Assembly: GCF_026210795.1 (NCBI RefSeq)
Contig: NC_089429.1
Coordinates: forward strand, 2,914,001-2,978,000
Direction of reading: 5' to 3'
DNA: 64,000 nucleotides
DNA from: Rhizophagus irregularis
Taxonomy: Eukaryota
In this document: piece after piece, positions 27,208 to 39,659 of the stretch
Layout: each line of letters begins with the position of its first letter
How positions within the stretch are numbered: the stretch's first letter is position 1
Position numbers and translations under genes: made by a program
Notes under the pieces: generated by a model
What the model was told of the DNA's origin: nothing
Seen by the model: the letters and a program-made list of their open reading frames with translations, nothing else
The model's database searches: none

Positions 27208-27698
27208 TCTTATTACGCTTAAAAAAAAAAGAAAAATTAGATTATCATATCGTTTATCTAATACGAATATATATACAATGCATATCAAATTTTTTTGTGC
27301 ACGGAATAAAATTTTTTGTACACGAAATTGTGCACTATTATTTGTGCATTATGGATAAACCACATGTGAAAAAAAATTGGTGTATGGCAGTCTGCCAGAT
27401 AATAAGGGACCAATAAATTAATTAGCATAACGAAAACAATTTTTAAGAGCATTGGATATCATTTAAGGATCTTATAGAAAAGGCTTTAATTTTTAGTGGC
27501 GCTGAAAATTTTGATGATAGTCATGTATCAATTATTAAGTATTATTTGATTCTTGCATCAAATCATTAAGTTTAGCATTATTTGAAGACTTTTTTATTTA
27601 ATATAATAATTACAAACATGTTATTATTTTATGTATTTATTATAGCTTTGAAGGATATCGGAATGTGAATTATTATTCCGTGAATGAAAATAAAAAAC

Positions 27699-28541
27699 TC
27701 ATTCATCATTATCGACTAAAAAAGGAAAAGAAATTAATAAATTTTGTATTTACGACTAAAAAAGAAAAAAAAATTAATAAATTTTGTACTTACCATTTCG
27801 ATCTTCTGTATTTAGAGTATTCGTATTTTGAGTATTCTGGCTCCCACGTGCTATAAAATAATTAAGAAAATCAATAAAAATTTATAATTTGATTAAACTT
27901 TTATACTTTACATACCATTCCTTCTGTTTCGTCTGCGTTGAGTTCTATTAACACCAATTGAAGCCTGTACAAACTGATCATCTAGAAACATATTAAATCA
28001 TATTAAATAAAACAATTTACCTCTTTAATATAATCATTTTGTTAATTATGTAATGTTGTTAGATTTAAAAGTTCTTACCTGGTTTCTCCCAAAACCGTGT
28101 ATTCATGACTTCAAAAAAAATGGCACCAGCACGGCTTCTTGCCCCTCTCAGATCGTTTGCAATCACTAATAATTGATCCTAAAGTATTAAGTGTTAAATA
28201 TTACTATTACAACAAATTTTTATTAATATTTAACTCACGTGATAACCGGTCACTAATCCATTGAATTTTGTTTGGCACTGTTTGCCCGAATAATTGCTCC
28301 CACACCTCTCATTTACTTTATTCGCAACGGAATTCCAGAAATTTTTTCTACTTCTTCCTGCAATTTGATAATGGTACTCAAAGTTTCTTGACCTCTGCTG
28401 CTCAATCAAAGCAGCGATTTGGTCATCCGACCACTCCACCCGGCCGGAAGAATAAGTTATAGTGTCGAAAATAGAGGTAGTATTGACATTGATGGTATTG
28501 GTATTATTGACGGTGGTTGAATCAGTTGAAGATGAGGACAT
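27699..28541 (-). CDS. Myb/SANT-like (trihelix) DNA-binding protein, about 5 exons, probably transposon-borne
   Basis: WSDDQIAALIE...FWNSVANKVN...YSGKQCQTKFNGL. Spliced continuation DQLLVI...AGAIFFEVMNTRFWEKP through GT-AG introns (exon 1 28541-28239, exon 2 starts 28178). The last exon is tentative. Confidence 0.7.
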
Positions 28542-31500
28542 TGTTTGAAATTTTGTTAAAAAATTGTTTAGAATATTTGGAAACATATTTGATAAAAAAA
28601 AATGTATTGATTATAGAAAAAAATATGTATTGATTATTAATTAGTATTGATTATCAAAAAAATGCGAGAAAGTTCTTGTAACAATTCTAATTATGCCATT
28701 CAATTATCATGATATTACATCATTTCATTTTTTAATTATTAGTACAATTTTTAATGTAACACCATTTCAAAATGATTTCGTTGATTCATGATATTATATC
28801 ATAAAATTCACAAAACATAGAATTCGTAAAACTCCGTCTCTTGTCCATTAAAAGTGATTAAAAAGTCGATCTTCCATTGTTTTCCATCGTACAAAAAAAT
28901 AAAATTAGCCATTAAAAGTGATTAAAAATTTTGTAAATTAGGCCCAGTATTATTCTTACGTAAAAATTAACATTTATTTATTACGACTTACTAATGCGAA
29001 AAAAAATCAATTAATTTTATTAATTTTACATCTCGGATTGATTTAATGTTAATTTTCAAATGTTGAATTAATGTTGAGCGCGTTAAACAAATTCGTTGAG
29101 CAAAAATTATGCCTATGTAATACGCGATTAATAATTTTTCATTTGATGAAAGTCACGAGACATACTATCTTCTTGCTTATATTATACACGATTATCACTA
29201 AGCTTGAAATGGAAATCAAATGTGTCATCATTTTCTTTATTTGGTGTGGCATACTACAAGTTAAATCTTCTATTCAAAGGTATAATCGACAAATATTTTG
29301 TTTTCCTACCGGAATATTTCTAAATTTTGTAGCTCGACATAATATTCTATGAACCGCTAACAGGGAATCACAACCTTCTTGAAAGTATTCAGCTTTCCAT
29401 AATTCGGTATTTGATATTTCTAGCTCCATAAAACTATGTTTAAACCGAATACTAGAAGAAGGTGCAGGTTTATACCACTTGATATATACTAGGAGGTGAG
29501 TTTTCGTTCCTTCTGGAAATCTAAGGGCATGCTTGAAATAATATTGGACTTCACCCGGATAAGTATCAACTGAATCATCATTAGCTGCTTTCCATTTTGC
29601 AAATATATTCGCATTTTTTCATGGCGACCAGAAATCATAGATCTAAATATTTCGGTGCCAATTTGTAGTCTTGCATGCTGATTCATATGCAAATCCATAA
29701 ATCCTAACACATCTTCTTTTTTCCTTTCATATAATATTGCATACCATTCACATAGAAATCCTCGCAACTCCAAAGGCATAACGACATTGATATATGATGG
29801 GTTAAGCATTTGGCCAGGTAATGGTTCAGTGCCATATATTTTGGAAATCATAGACGTATTATGTCTCATGAATAAAAAATGCTGCAATTCCTCCCTTTCT
29901 GCTGTGATTGCTAAACTTTCTACAGCTTTTTTTGGTACAAGAAAATGGAGAGATTCATCTAGAAGGCCAGATGTCCATTTACATGATAAGTGATAATCCA
30001 CCAAAGTGTTTTTAAGAACAATTTTCATTAATTTGGGTTCTATTTGTCAGTTACTATTAGGATATGATCCTAAATAACAGGAATTTTTTTAATAAAGGTA
30101 CTAAAGACAATTGAAAGACACTGAAGTAAATTTACCTATATATCCATTAAGTCTTTCAAACGGGAAAAGCCAAAAACTATATATAGAACCATAATCACGA
30201 CAGCAATCAGGGATATGAAGTGCGAGATGTATATTGCTTATTATAAATTCTGGTCCATATGTATATTCTATAAGGTAGGCCATATCTTTTAACCTCTCTT
30301 GCATCTCCTTCAAATCATCATCTGTAATAAATCTTGCTACTAAAAGATTACAAGCTCGAATAAAATGCCCTAAGATCTTTCTATCATTATCATCTAGCAT
30401 ATCCCATAATATAGATGTAGAATAAATCATAATAAAGGTCTTCCATTGATCAGCAGTTAAGTTAGAAAACCTATCATTTCCGATTGCAATCTTTGGAGGA
30501 ATTCTACCAATGTCAGAAGGTAAATCAATATTATCTATTCTGTTTTGTGCTACACAAAGTTGTTCCATAGTTAATTTTATTTGGTTTACAAAAATGGATT
30601 TGATTATCCATTTTGCAACACCGAAGAAAAGACAATGCATAGGATCCACTACAGCAAATCATATAGGATCCATGTATGGTATGCGAAGCACTTTAGTCCA
30701 TCTTATACCATGTACTTTAAAATGTGCTTCTCTGGAGGACTTTGAGTTACATTGCAACCATTCATGAGCATATTGCCTATGTAATAAAAGATCTGCAGGC
30801 TTTGTTACCCATTCATTATAGTCTTGCATTCCTCCGTAATAAGTTTTTCTAAATTCCTCGCTATAGGTGGTACGTTTATCACATCTATAGCATTTCATTA
30901 CTGCAGATTTATGACCAAATAACTTTTGTGTAGCTGGAGTATCAGACGATCCAACAATTAACGCAACTTTTATTTCTAAACCATTGGAAAATTGGTGAGT
31001 TTTTGGTACTTTCCACCCCTTCCAAAGTTCTAATAACTCATCTACAATAAGAGCTAGATAATGATTAATGCGTTCCAACCCTGCCTCTTTTGGTCCTGGT
31101 AAGAAATCCAAATATATAATATTTTTGGGTTTATTCCTTTCTGACCTTGGAAGATTGCAAATAGACGCATAAATAGCGCCAGTACTATGCTGCGTGTAGG
31201 AGAATGGTTGGAACCAATCAAGATTAAGGAGAAGACCTAGATGGGTTATGGGCTTATGGCAGTCTCTGTTGTAAAAAAGGTACTACCATCAAATGGAAAA
31301 TTTTTTCCATACCTTACCATCGTAAATATCTGAATAGATATTATTTTCGTTTCTTTGAGTCCCTGATAATTTTAACATGTTCTCAAAATCTGGTCGTTGA
31401 TATAAAATGCTCAATTGCTGACGAATGTTTGGCTTTAGGATAAAGCATGCGAGGTACCGCAATTGTTGCATTTTTATTTTTTTTGAGAATGGAAAGTGGA

Positions 31501-31849
31501 TTATTGCATTGGTGATTACGACTTGATATTGGATTATTTGGATACTCTTTATACGGGCAATTCATTATACACTGGTCAAAATCAATTCTATCGGGTACAT
31601 ATCGGGTACCTATATATTGGTGGCTAATTGGATAAATATCGGGTATTTTTACATATCGGGTACCCGATAGCTAAGCTATTAGTCACTGATATTGTATATC
31701 GGGCATTGATCTATCTTACACATATCAGGTACCCAATATGTAAATTTTAATACATAAGATTTTTATTTTGTACAACGTACTGTATTATATATAATCCGTT
31801 TCAACTAAAATTTTTTATTTAAATTCATTTTTTAGATAATTTTTATAAA

Positions 31850-34800
31850 TAATTTTCTAAGAAATTTTAAAAGTCCATTTAAATAATATTTAATAGGGAT
31901 TTTATTTAAGAAACTTTTAGATAGATTTTTTTGAGAAATTTTTTAAGAGTCTGTTTAAAAAAATTATTTTTTTAACTAAGAGGATCATTTAGAGCATTTT
32001 TGATAGAGAATTTTCTAAAGATTTGTTTGGAGAGATTATTTTTGAGAATTTTTTAACTAAAGGGACCGTTTGGAACATTTTTTGATAGAGAATTTTCTAA
32101 GAATTTGTTTGGGAAATGGTTTTTTGAGAATTTTTTAACTAAAAGAATCATTTGGGCATTTTTTGATTGAGAATTTTCTAAGAGTTCGTTTAGGAAAATT
32201 ATTTTTTGAATTTTTTAATTAAGGGGATCGTTTAGGGCATTTTTTGATTGAGAATTTTCTAAGAGTTCGTTTAGAGAGATTATTTTTGAGAATTTTTTAA
32301 CCAAAGGGACCGTTGGAACATTTTTTAATAGAGAATTTTTTTGATAGAGAATTTTCTAAGAGTTTGTTTGGAAAAATTATTTTTTGAGAATTTTTTAACT
32401 GAAGGTATCATTTGATAGAGAAATTTCTAAGAGTTCGTTTAGGAAAATTATTTTTTGTATTTTTTAATTAAGGGGATCGCTTAGAACATTTTTGATAGAG
32501 AATTTTCTAATGATTCGTTTGGAGAGATTGTTTTTGAGAATTTTTTAATTAAAGGGAACGTTTGGAACATTTTTGATAGAGAATTTTCTAAGAATTTGTT
32601 TGGGAAATAGGTTTTCAAGAATTTTTTAACTAAAAGGATCATTTAGGTATTTTTTGATTGAGAATTTTCTAAGAGTTTGTTCAGGGAAATTATTTTTTGA
32701 ATTTTTTAATTAAGGAGATCGTTTAGGGCATTTTTTGATTGAGAATTTTCTAAGAGTTCGTTTAGGGAAATTATTTTTTGAATTTTTTAATTAAGGGGAT
32801 CGTTTAGGGCATTTTTTGATTGAGAATTTTCTGAGTTCGTTTAGGGAAATTATTTTTTGAATTTTTTAATTAAGGGGATCGTTTAGGGCATTTTTTGATT
32901 GAGAATTTTCTAAGAGTTCATTTAGGGAGATTATTTTTGAGAATTTTTTAACCAAAGGGACCATTGGAACATTTTTTAATAGAGAATTTTTTGATAGAGA
33001 ATTTTCTAAGAGTTTGTTTGGAAAAATTATTTTTTGAGAATTTTTTAACTGAAGGTATCATTTGATAGAGAAATTACTAAAAGTTCATTTAGGAAAATTA
33101 TTTTTTGTATTTTTTAATTAAAGGGATCGCTTAGGGCATTTTTGATAAAGAATTTTCTAATGATTCGTTTGGAGAGATTGTTTTTGAGAATTTTTTAACT
33201 AAAGGGAACGTTTGGAACATTTTTGATAGAGAATTTTCTAAGAATTTGTTTGGGAAATGGTTTTTCGAGAATTTTTTAACTAAAAGGATCATTTAGGGCA
33301 TTTTTGATTGAGAATTTTCTAAGAGTTCGTTTAGGGAAATTATTTTTTGTATTTTTTAATTAAGGGGATCACTTAGGGCATTTTTGATAGAGAATTTTCT
33401 AATAATTCGTTTGGAGAGATTGTTTTTGAGAATTTTTTAACTAAAGGGAACACTTGGAACATTTTTGATAGAGAATTTTCTAAGAATTTGTTTGGGAAAT
33501 GGTTTTTCAAGAATTTTTTAACTAAAAGGATCATTTAGGGCATTTTTGATTGAGAATTTTCTAAGGTTGCTTGCCAAAACCTCTCCAAAATCCTGCGATA
33601 AATTTCGGCAAGATTTTACTATATGTTTACTATAGTTTCGGCAGGGTTTCGGCAGTTTCGGCAAATGGGGGTTTCGGCATTTCGGCAAAGTTTCGGCAGG
33701 ATTTTTAATATGATTTAATATAGTTTCGGCATTTTCCGTATAGGTTTCGGCAGTTATTAAGAAGGTTTCGGCAAGCAACCTTAGAATTTTCTAAGAGTTC
33801 ATTTGGGGAAATTATTTTTTGTATTTTTTAATTAAGGGGATCACTTAGGGCATTTTTGATAGAGAATTTTCTAATGATTCGTTTGAAGAGATTGTTTTTG
33901 AGAATTTTTTAACTAAAGGGAACGTTTGGAACATTTTTGATAGAGAATTTTCTAAGAATTTGTTTGGGAAATGGTTTTTTGAGAATTTTTTAACTAAAAG
34001 GATCATTTAGGGCATTTTTGATTGAGAATTTTCTAAGAGTTCGTTTGGGGAAATTATTTTTTGTATTTTTTAATTAAGGGGATCACTTAGGGCATTTTTG
34101 ATAGAGAATTTTCTAATGATTCGTTTGAAGAGATTGTTTTTGAGAATTTTTTAACTAAAGGGAACGTTTAGAACATTTTTGATAGAGAATTTTCTAAGAA
34201 TTCGTTTAGAAAATAGTTTTTCGAGAATTTTTTAACTAAAAGGATTATTTAGGGTATTTTTTGATTGAGAATTTTCTAAGAGTTCGTTTAGGGAAATTAT
34301 TTTTTGAATTTTTTAATTAAGGAGATGGTTTAGGACATTTTTTGATTGAGAATTTTCTAAGAGTTCGTTTAGGGAAATTATTTTTTGTATTTTTTAATTA
34401 AGGGGATTGTTTAGGGCATTTTTTGATAGAGAATTTTCTAAGGATTCATTTGGAGAGATTATTTTTGAGAATTTTTTAACCAAGAGATCGTTTGGAACAT
34501 TTTTTGATAGAGAATTTTCTAAGAGTTCGTTTGGGAAATAGTTTTTTGAGAATTTTTTAATTAAAAGGATCATTTAGGGCATTTTTTGATAGAGAATTTT
34601 CTAAGGATTCATTTGGGGAGATTATTTTGAGAATTTTTTAACCAAGGGATCGTTTGAAACATTTTTGATAGAGAATTTTCTAAGAGTTCGTTTGGAGAGA
34701 TTATTTTTAAGAATTTTTTAACTAAAGGGATCGTTTGGGACATTTTTTGACAGAAAATTTCTAGGAGTTCATTTGGGAAAATTATTTTTTGGGATTTTTT

Positions 34801-35050
34801 TAACTAAAGGGATCATTTAGGACATTTTATTTTTAATAAAGAAATTCTAAGAATTCATTTGAAAGATTTTTTGAGATTTTTTTAATAAATCTTCTAAGGG
34901 TTCATTTGAAGAAATTTTTTAAAAAAGTTTTTTAACTAGAGGTGTCATTTCAAATATTTTTTTGATGAGAAATTTTCTAAGGGTTTATTTGGAAAGATTT
35001 TTTTTTTTGATAATTTTTTAATCGAAGGGGTCATTTGGATTGAGAAATTT
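31850..35050. repeat. Satellite array, about 81-bp monomer (two ~40-bp halves) with 242-bp higher-order units
   Basis: Unit TTTTTGAT(A/T)GAGAATTTTCTAAGAGTTCGTTTAGGGAAATTATTTTTTGAATTTTTTAATTAAGGGGATCGTTTAGGGCA; homogeneous centre, degenerate edges. Confidence 0.95.
33562..33783. mobile_element. hAT-type MITE (TAAGGTTGCTTGCC family), 8-bp TSD GAATTTTC
   Basis: TIRs TAAGGTTGCTTGCC; TSD at 33554-33561 and 33784-33791. Inserted in the satellite array. Confidence 0.92.
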
Positions 35051-37033
35051 TTGTTTTATGACGTAATTTTACCAAATTTAATTATAAATGTATTCAGGCT
35101 ATAAAATAACATGTGGTAAGTTACGTTACGTAATATTGTTATCTTGTGATCACATGATTTAAATATTTACATTTCGCATTTTTGTTTATCTTATTAAAAC
35201 CTTTTCTTCGTTCTCAATTTTTTTTTACTTAAAAACACAATTTTTTATCTATTTAATATAACCAGAAATACATATTTTTATATTTTTTTTTTATTTGTTA
35301 TATCTAGAAATGCATAAAAAGGTATATATTACTAATATTTCTTTTCTTTATTAATGTTTTTCTACCATTTTTTTTTCGTTTCTTTCTTTTCTTTTACTAA
35401 TACTTCTACTAATATATTTTTTATTATTTTTTTCTACTATATTAACATTTTTACTATTTAATATTTTCTATTAATATTATATTACTACTGATATACGTTC
35501 TCTTTCTACTAACATTTTTTATTCTACTAACTTTTTCTTTCTACTAATGTTTCTACTAATATTTTCTATATTTATATATCTATACTAATATTTTTTAATA
35601 ACATTCTCTTTTCTCTTACTAATATATTTATCATTAATGCTTCTTTTAAATAATCAAACAGGTATAAGTAAACAAGTGATTTTATTTTTATGCTACTTTT
35701 AGTAGAAGTTATATATTATATATATTTATTCAAGTATTCAAGTATAATTAGTATAATTGTTTTTTTTTAATTAAAAAGTGTAAATAAATTTAAATTGTAA
35801 TAAAGTTTTGAATTAAAATTAAAAAAATATATAAATTATGATTGCATTTTATAATTTTTTTGCCTGAATTAAATTATAATAAATTTACTAGTATTAATAC
35901 GAAATCATTATCCTATATCTATCCGTCTGATATCTGTATGATATCTGTATGATATCTATATGATATATATCATAATATATTGGGTACCCAATAAGTCTAT
36001 GATATGTGACCGATATTTAACTACCCGATACGTATGTAAGACATTTATACATGACATACGATGCGTCACCGTTTTTCTACATTTCTACTACACATATCGG
36101 GTACCTGATATGTGTAGCATTGTTAAATATCATACACATATATTACATATATTGTACACATATTAGGTACCCGATAGATACCCGATAGTATTAATTTTGA
36201 CCAGTGATAGCAACTTTTCCTTCTTCCTTATATGCAATAATATCTTTAACATTATGCAATTTATGGCAATCAGTACATGCAGCTAATTGCATTTTCGGTT
36301 GAAAAATGTTTAACCATATTTTTGCCATATATAATGAGGTAGGAAAATTTTCAAATTGCAACTTATCAAAGCGCATAAGAATTATATGAAAAAATTTTAT
36401 TAAGGATTCAAGTGCAATATCAGGCAATCGAAATCTTTGTTGAAATTTAAATAGCCATATTATAATCTCAGTATTAATAGAATCACTTAAGCTTTCCACT
36501 ATAAATGCTTCTTCATTGTCATTGTCAATCTTAGGAGATGCGAAAAAATCTTCTACATCATCATTCTCCTCTCTTTTATCCACATCATCATTCTCTTCCT
36601 CATCCATATTATCTACATCATCATTCTCCTCTCCTTCATTCACATCATCATTCTCTTCCCCATCCATATTATTTACATCATCTCCCTTATCCATATCATC
36701 ATTCTCTTCCTCATCCATATTATTTACATCATCATTCTCTTCCCCCTCATTTATATTATCTACATTATAATTCTTACCAAAATAATTGATTTCATCATTA
36801 TTTTCATCAATTGTAGGTGCTGGAATACGAAAACATAAAGGTTTTGATGAAAATAATGTTATATTTTCTTCAATATATTGGAAAGAGGGACCAGGATGGG
36901 AAGAGTCCTGATCTGGACTAGATGTACCAGAGTAATTATTTCTTTCTCGCTTTTTTGATATGTTCAATTTTATTTCTGTATTTATATATGTATTATTAAC
37001 AGATGATGTTTTTTTCTTTTTTATCATGATGGT

Positions 37034-38074
37034 TAGAGCTCCAAATGGGTCAGGTCAGGTCAGGTTAATTGATAAACCTGACCTGAAATTTTTTTTCAGG
37101 TCAGGTCAGGTCAGGTTATATCAGGTTGTCTGTTTGACCTGACCTGACCTGAAACCTGAAAAATTTCAGGACTATTTTTATTAAAGTATTGAAAAAAAAT
37201 GGTACAAAACTTTTTTTTTTTAATATAATATTATGAAAAAAAACGGTTTTGCAACGTTTTTTACTAAAATATTGAAAAAAAATATTGAAAAACGTTTTTT
37301 TTAATATAACATTATGAAAAAAATGTTTTCGCAACGTTATTATTGAAATATCAAAAAAAAAAATGTTACAAAACATTTTTTTAATATAATATTATGAAAA
37401 AACGTTTTCGCAACGTTTTTTCTCGAAATATTACGATTCAACATTTTTATATTAAAATCATATAAAAAAGTGAATCCCAATACTGCAATTCACTTTTTTT
37501 ATATAGAATTAATATAAAAAAAGTGAGTTGCGGTATTGCGATTCACTTTTTTATATAGATTCCATATAAAAAAAGTGAGTTGCGGTATTGCGATTCACTT
37601 TTTTATATAGATTCCATATAAAAAAAGTGAGTTGCGGTATTGCAATTCACTTTGTTATATAGATTCTATATAAAAAAAGTGAGTTGCGGTATTGCAATTC
37701 ACTTTTTTTATATAGAATTAATATAAAAAAGTGAATCGCAATATCGCAACTCACTTTTATTATATAAAATCAATATAAAAAAGTGAATCGCAATACCGCA
37801 ACTCACTTTTTTTATATGGAATCTATATAAAAAAGTGAATCGCAATACCGCAATTCACTTTTTATATATAAAATCAATATAAAAAAGTGAATCGCAATAC
37901 TGCAACTCACTTTTATTATATAGTAGAATCAATAGTTTCAGGTCAACAGGTCAATCAGGTCAGGTCAATCTTCATACCTGACCTGAATTTTTTTTAAAAA
38001 TCTCATACCTGACCTGAATTTCAGGTCAGGTCAGGTCAGGTTACCTGAATTTGGCTGACCTGTTCGGAGCTCTA
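37034..38074. mobile_element. hAT-like non-autonomous element (TAGAGCTCC termini, AGGTC/GACCT subterminal repeats); TSD not conserved
   Basis: Left end TAGAGCTCCAAATGGGTCAG; right end (reverse complement) TAGAGCTCCGAACAGGTCAG. Flanks differ (ATGATGGT vs GACTATAT). Confidence 0.8.
37460..37925. repeat. About 52-bp palindromic-unit tandem array (about 9 copies) that switches orientation
   Basis: ATATAAAAAAAGTGAGTTGCGGTATTGCGATTCACTTTTTTATAT units at about 37513-37715; reverse-complement units at about 37461 and 37720-37920. Confidence 0.9.
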
Positions 38075-38128
38075 GACTATATAGTAGAATATGACTATAA
38101 CGGGAGTGACTATAGAGGGAGTTGACTG
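38075..38128 (-). mobile_element. Truncated pogo/Tc1-like terminus
   Basis: Reverse complement reads TA|CAGTCAACTCCCTCTATAGTCACTCCCGTTATAGTC, similar to the terminus at 1872. Confidence 0.55.
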
Positions 38129-38293
38129 TATTATCTTCAGAACCAGATAACTCAGCTTTTTCACTTTCCCCATGTTCTTCTTCATTATCAATCTCTGTTT
38201 TTGATTCTCCACTCGATTCATCATTTATTGTATCATTTATCTCTTCTTGGCGTAAACGTTTTGCATTATTTTGATCTTCAAACCTATTATGAT

Positions 38294-38537
38294 TAAGGTT
38301 GCTTGTCTAAACCTCTTCAAAATCCTACGATTGGTTTCGTCAAAATTTTACTATAAATTTATTATAGTTTCGGCAGAGTTTCGGCAGTTTCGGCATTTAT
38401 AATAAGTTTCAGCAGTTTCGCCTTTCTCCAAAGTTTCGCCAGTTTTTTAATATAACTTTAATATAGTTTCGGCAGAATTTCGCTTTTCGGCGAAACGCTA
38501 TCTTGCCTAAACCCCTAGGTTTCGGCAAGCAACCTTA
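38294..38537 (-). mobile_element. hAT-type MITE (TAAGGTTGCTTG family), 8-bp TSD ATTATGAT
   Basis: TIRs TAAGGTTGCTTG; TSD at 38286-38293 and 38538-38545. Confidence 0.92.
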
Positions 38538-38839
38538 ATTATGATATCATTTTTGTTTTAAATCATTACGACCTTAATCATTAGTTGTAATTATTGAAAT
38601 ATTTTATGAAAATTTCATTATACTTATTGTCTCTCTTTTTTTTGTTATTATAATTGAAAAAAAAATTAGAAATTTTTTTTTGTCAAAAAAAAAAAACTTT
38701 CCAATATAACACAAACTGAAATTACGCAATCGTTACATAGCATAATACAATTGTTATACAGATTATTAAAATTGTGCAACTGATTTATTTACACAAACAT
38801 ATATTATTATTATTTGTCATTAAAAAAAATGTTATTTAA

Positions 38840-39659
38840 TGAAAAACACCGAGTTCAACGTTTTTTAGTAAAAAAAACGTTTATTTTTTTTAAAAAAACT
38901 AAAAAACGTCAGATTCGACATTTTTATGTAAAAAAAACTGGTTAATTTTTTTTTTAAGTTAAAAAACGTCAGATTTGACGTTTTTATGAAAAAAAATTGG
39001 TCAATTTTTTTTTAAGCTAAAAAACGACAGATTTGACGTTTTACGTAAAAAAAAATGATTGTTTTTTTAAAACTAAAAAACGCCAGGTTCGACATTTTTT
39101 AATTTAAAAAAAAAGATTCTTTTTTTAAACTAAAAAGCATCAGATTTGATGTTTTTATGTAAAAAAAAAAACGTTTATTATTTTTTAAAAAAACTAAAAA
39201 ACGCCAGGTTTGACATTTTTTAATTAAAAAAAAAATTTCTATTTTTTAAAACTAAAAACTGCTGGGTTCGACATTTTTTAAATAAAAAAAAAATTCTATT
39301 TTTTTAAACTAAAAAACGTCAGATTTGACATTTTTCATTAAAAAAAAATGTTTGTTTTTTTTAAAAACTAAAAAAACGTCAGATTCGACGTTTTTTTAGT
39401 AAAAAAAGTTTATTTTTTTTTAAAAGACTAAAAAATGTCAGATTCGATGTTCTCAATTAAAAGACCCATCTTTCAAAATTTTTTTAATGAAAAACTGTCA
39501 AATTCAACATATTTCATTAAAAAAAACTTTATTCATTTTTTTTTTAATTAAAAAACATTAAGTTTGACATTTTTAATTAATGCTGATACACGAGTTAAAC
39601 GGGTCAAACGGGTCGACCTGATGGGTCATCTGAATTGACCCGACCTGTTCAGAACACTA
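38840..39659. mobile_element. One end of a hAT-like element with an internal ~60-bp tandem array (AAAAAACGTCAGATTCGACGTTTTTT cores)
   Basis: About 12 cores at 38850-39570. Terminus (reverse complement) TAGTGTTCTGAACAGGTCGGGTC with GACCC/GGGTC motifs, resembling the 37034-38074 TIR. It truncates the Helitron ORF at 39660. Confidence 0.65.

Larger units (their letters stand above)
31570..36206. mobile_element. 4.6-kb non-autonomous CACTG element, 3-bp TSD ATA
   Basis: TIR CACTGGTCAAAAT(C/T)AAT(T/A)CTATCGGGTA at both ends. ATA at 31567-31569 and 36207-36209. ATCGGGTAC subterminal repeats. No convincing coding sequence. Confidence 0.92.
29254..37033 (-). pseudogene. CACTA/EnSpm (TnpD/Transposase_21-like) transposase pseudogene, split by the insertion at 31570-36206 and cut at 37033
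   Basis: DIYDGKVWK, LNLDWFQPF, CNLPRSER, LPGPKE, SSDTPA..KL, VDPMHCLF, FWLFPFERLNG. Removing the insert and one ATA restores KVAIMNCPY. Acidic coding repeats at 36540-36770. Several stops and frameshifts. Confidence 0.88.

Noticed and set aside
24676..27397. CAG...CTG ends as TIRs of the hAT transposase element
   Set aside because: Only three bases match and there is no 8-bp TSD; boundaries left undefined.
27716..27795. 2-nt micro-exon between two ~40-nt introns in the Myb gene
   Set aside because: Would shift the frame; better explained as a tandem duplication within one intron.
31850..35050. TTAGGG/TTTAGGG motifs as telomeric repeats
   Set aside because: Isolated motifs within an 81-bp monomer, never tandem, and inside a TSD-bounded element.
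36516..36789. His/Pro-rich and Ser-rich plus-strand ORFs
   Set aside because: Antisense shadows of the acidic repeat in the CACTA transposase.
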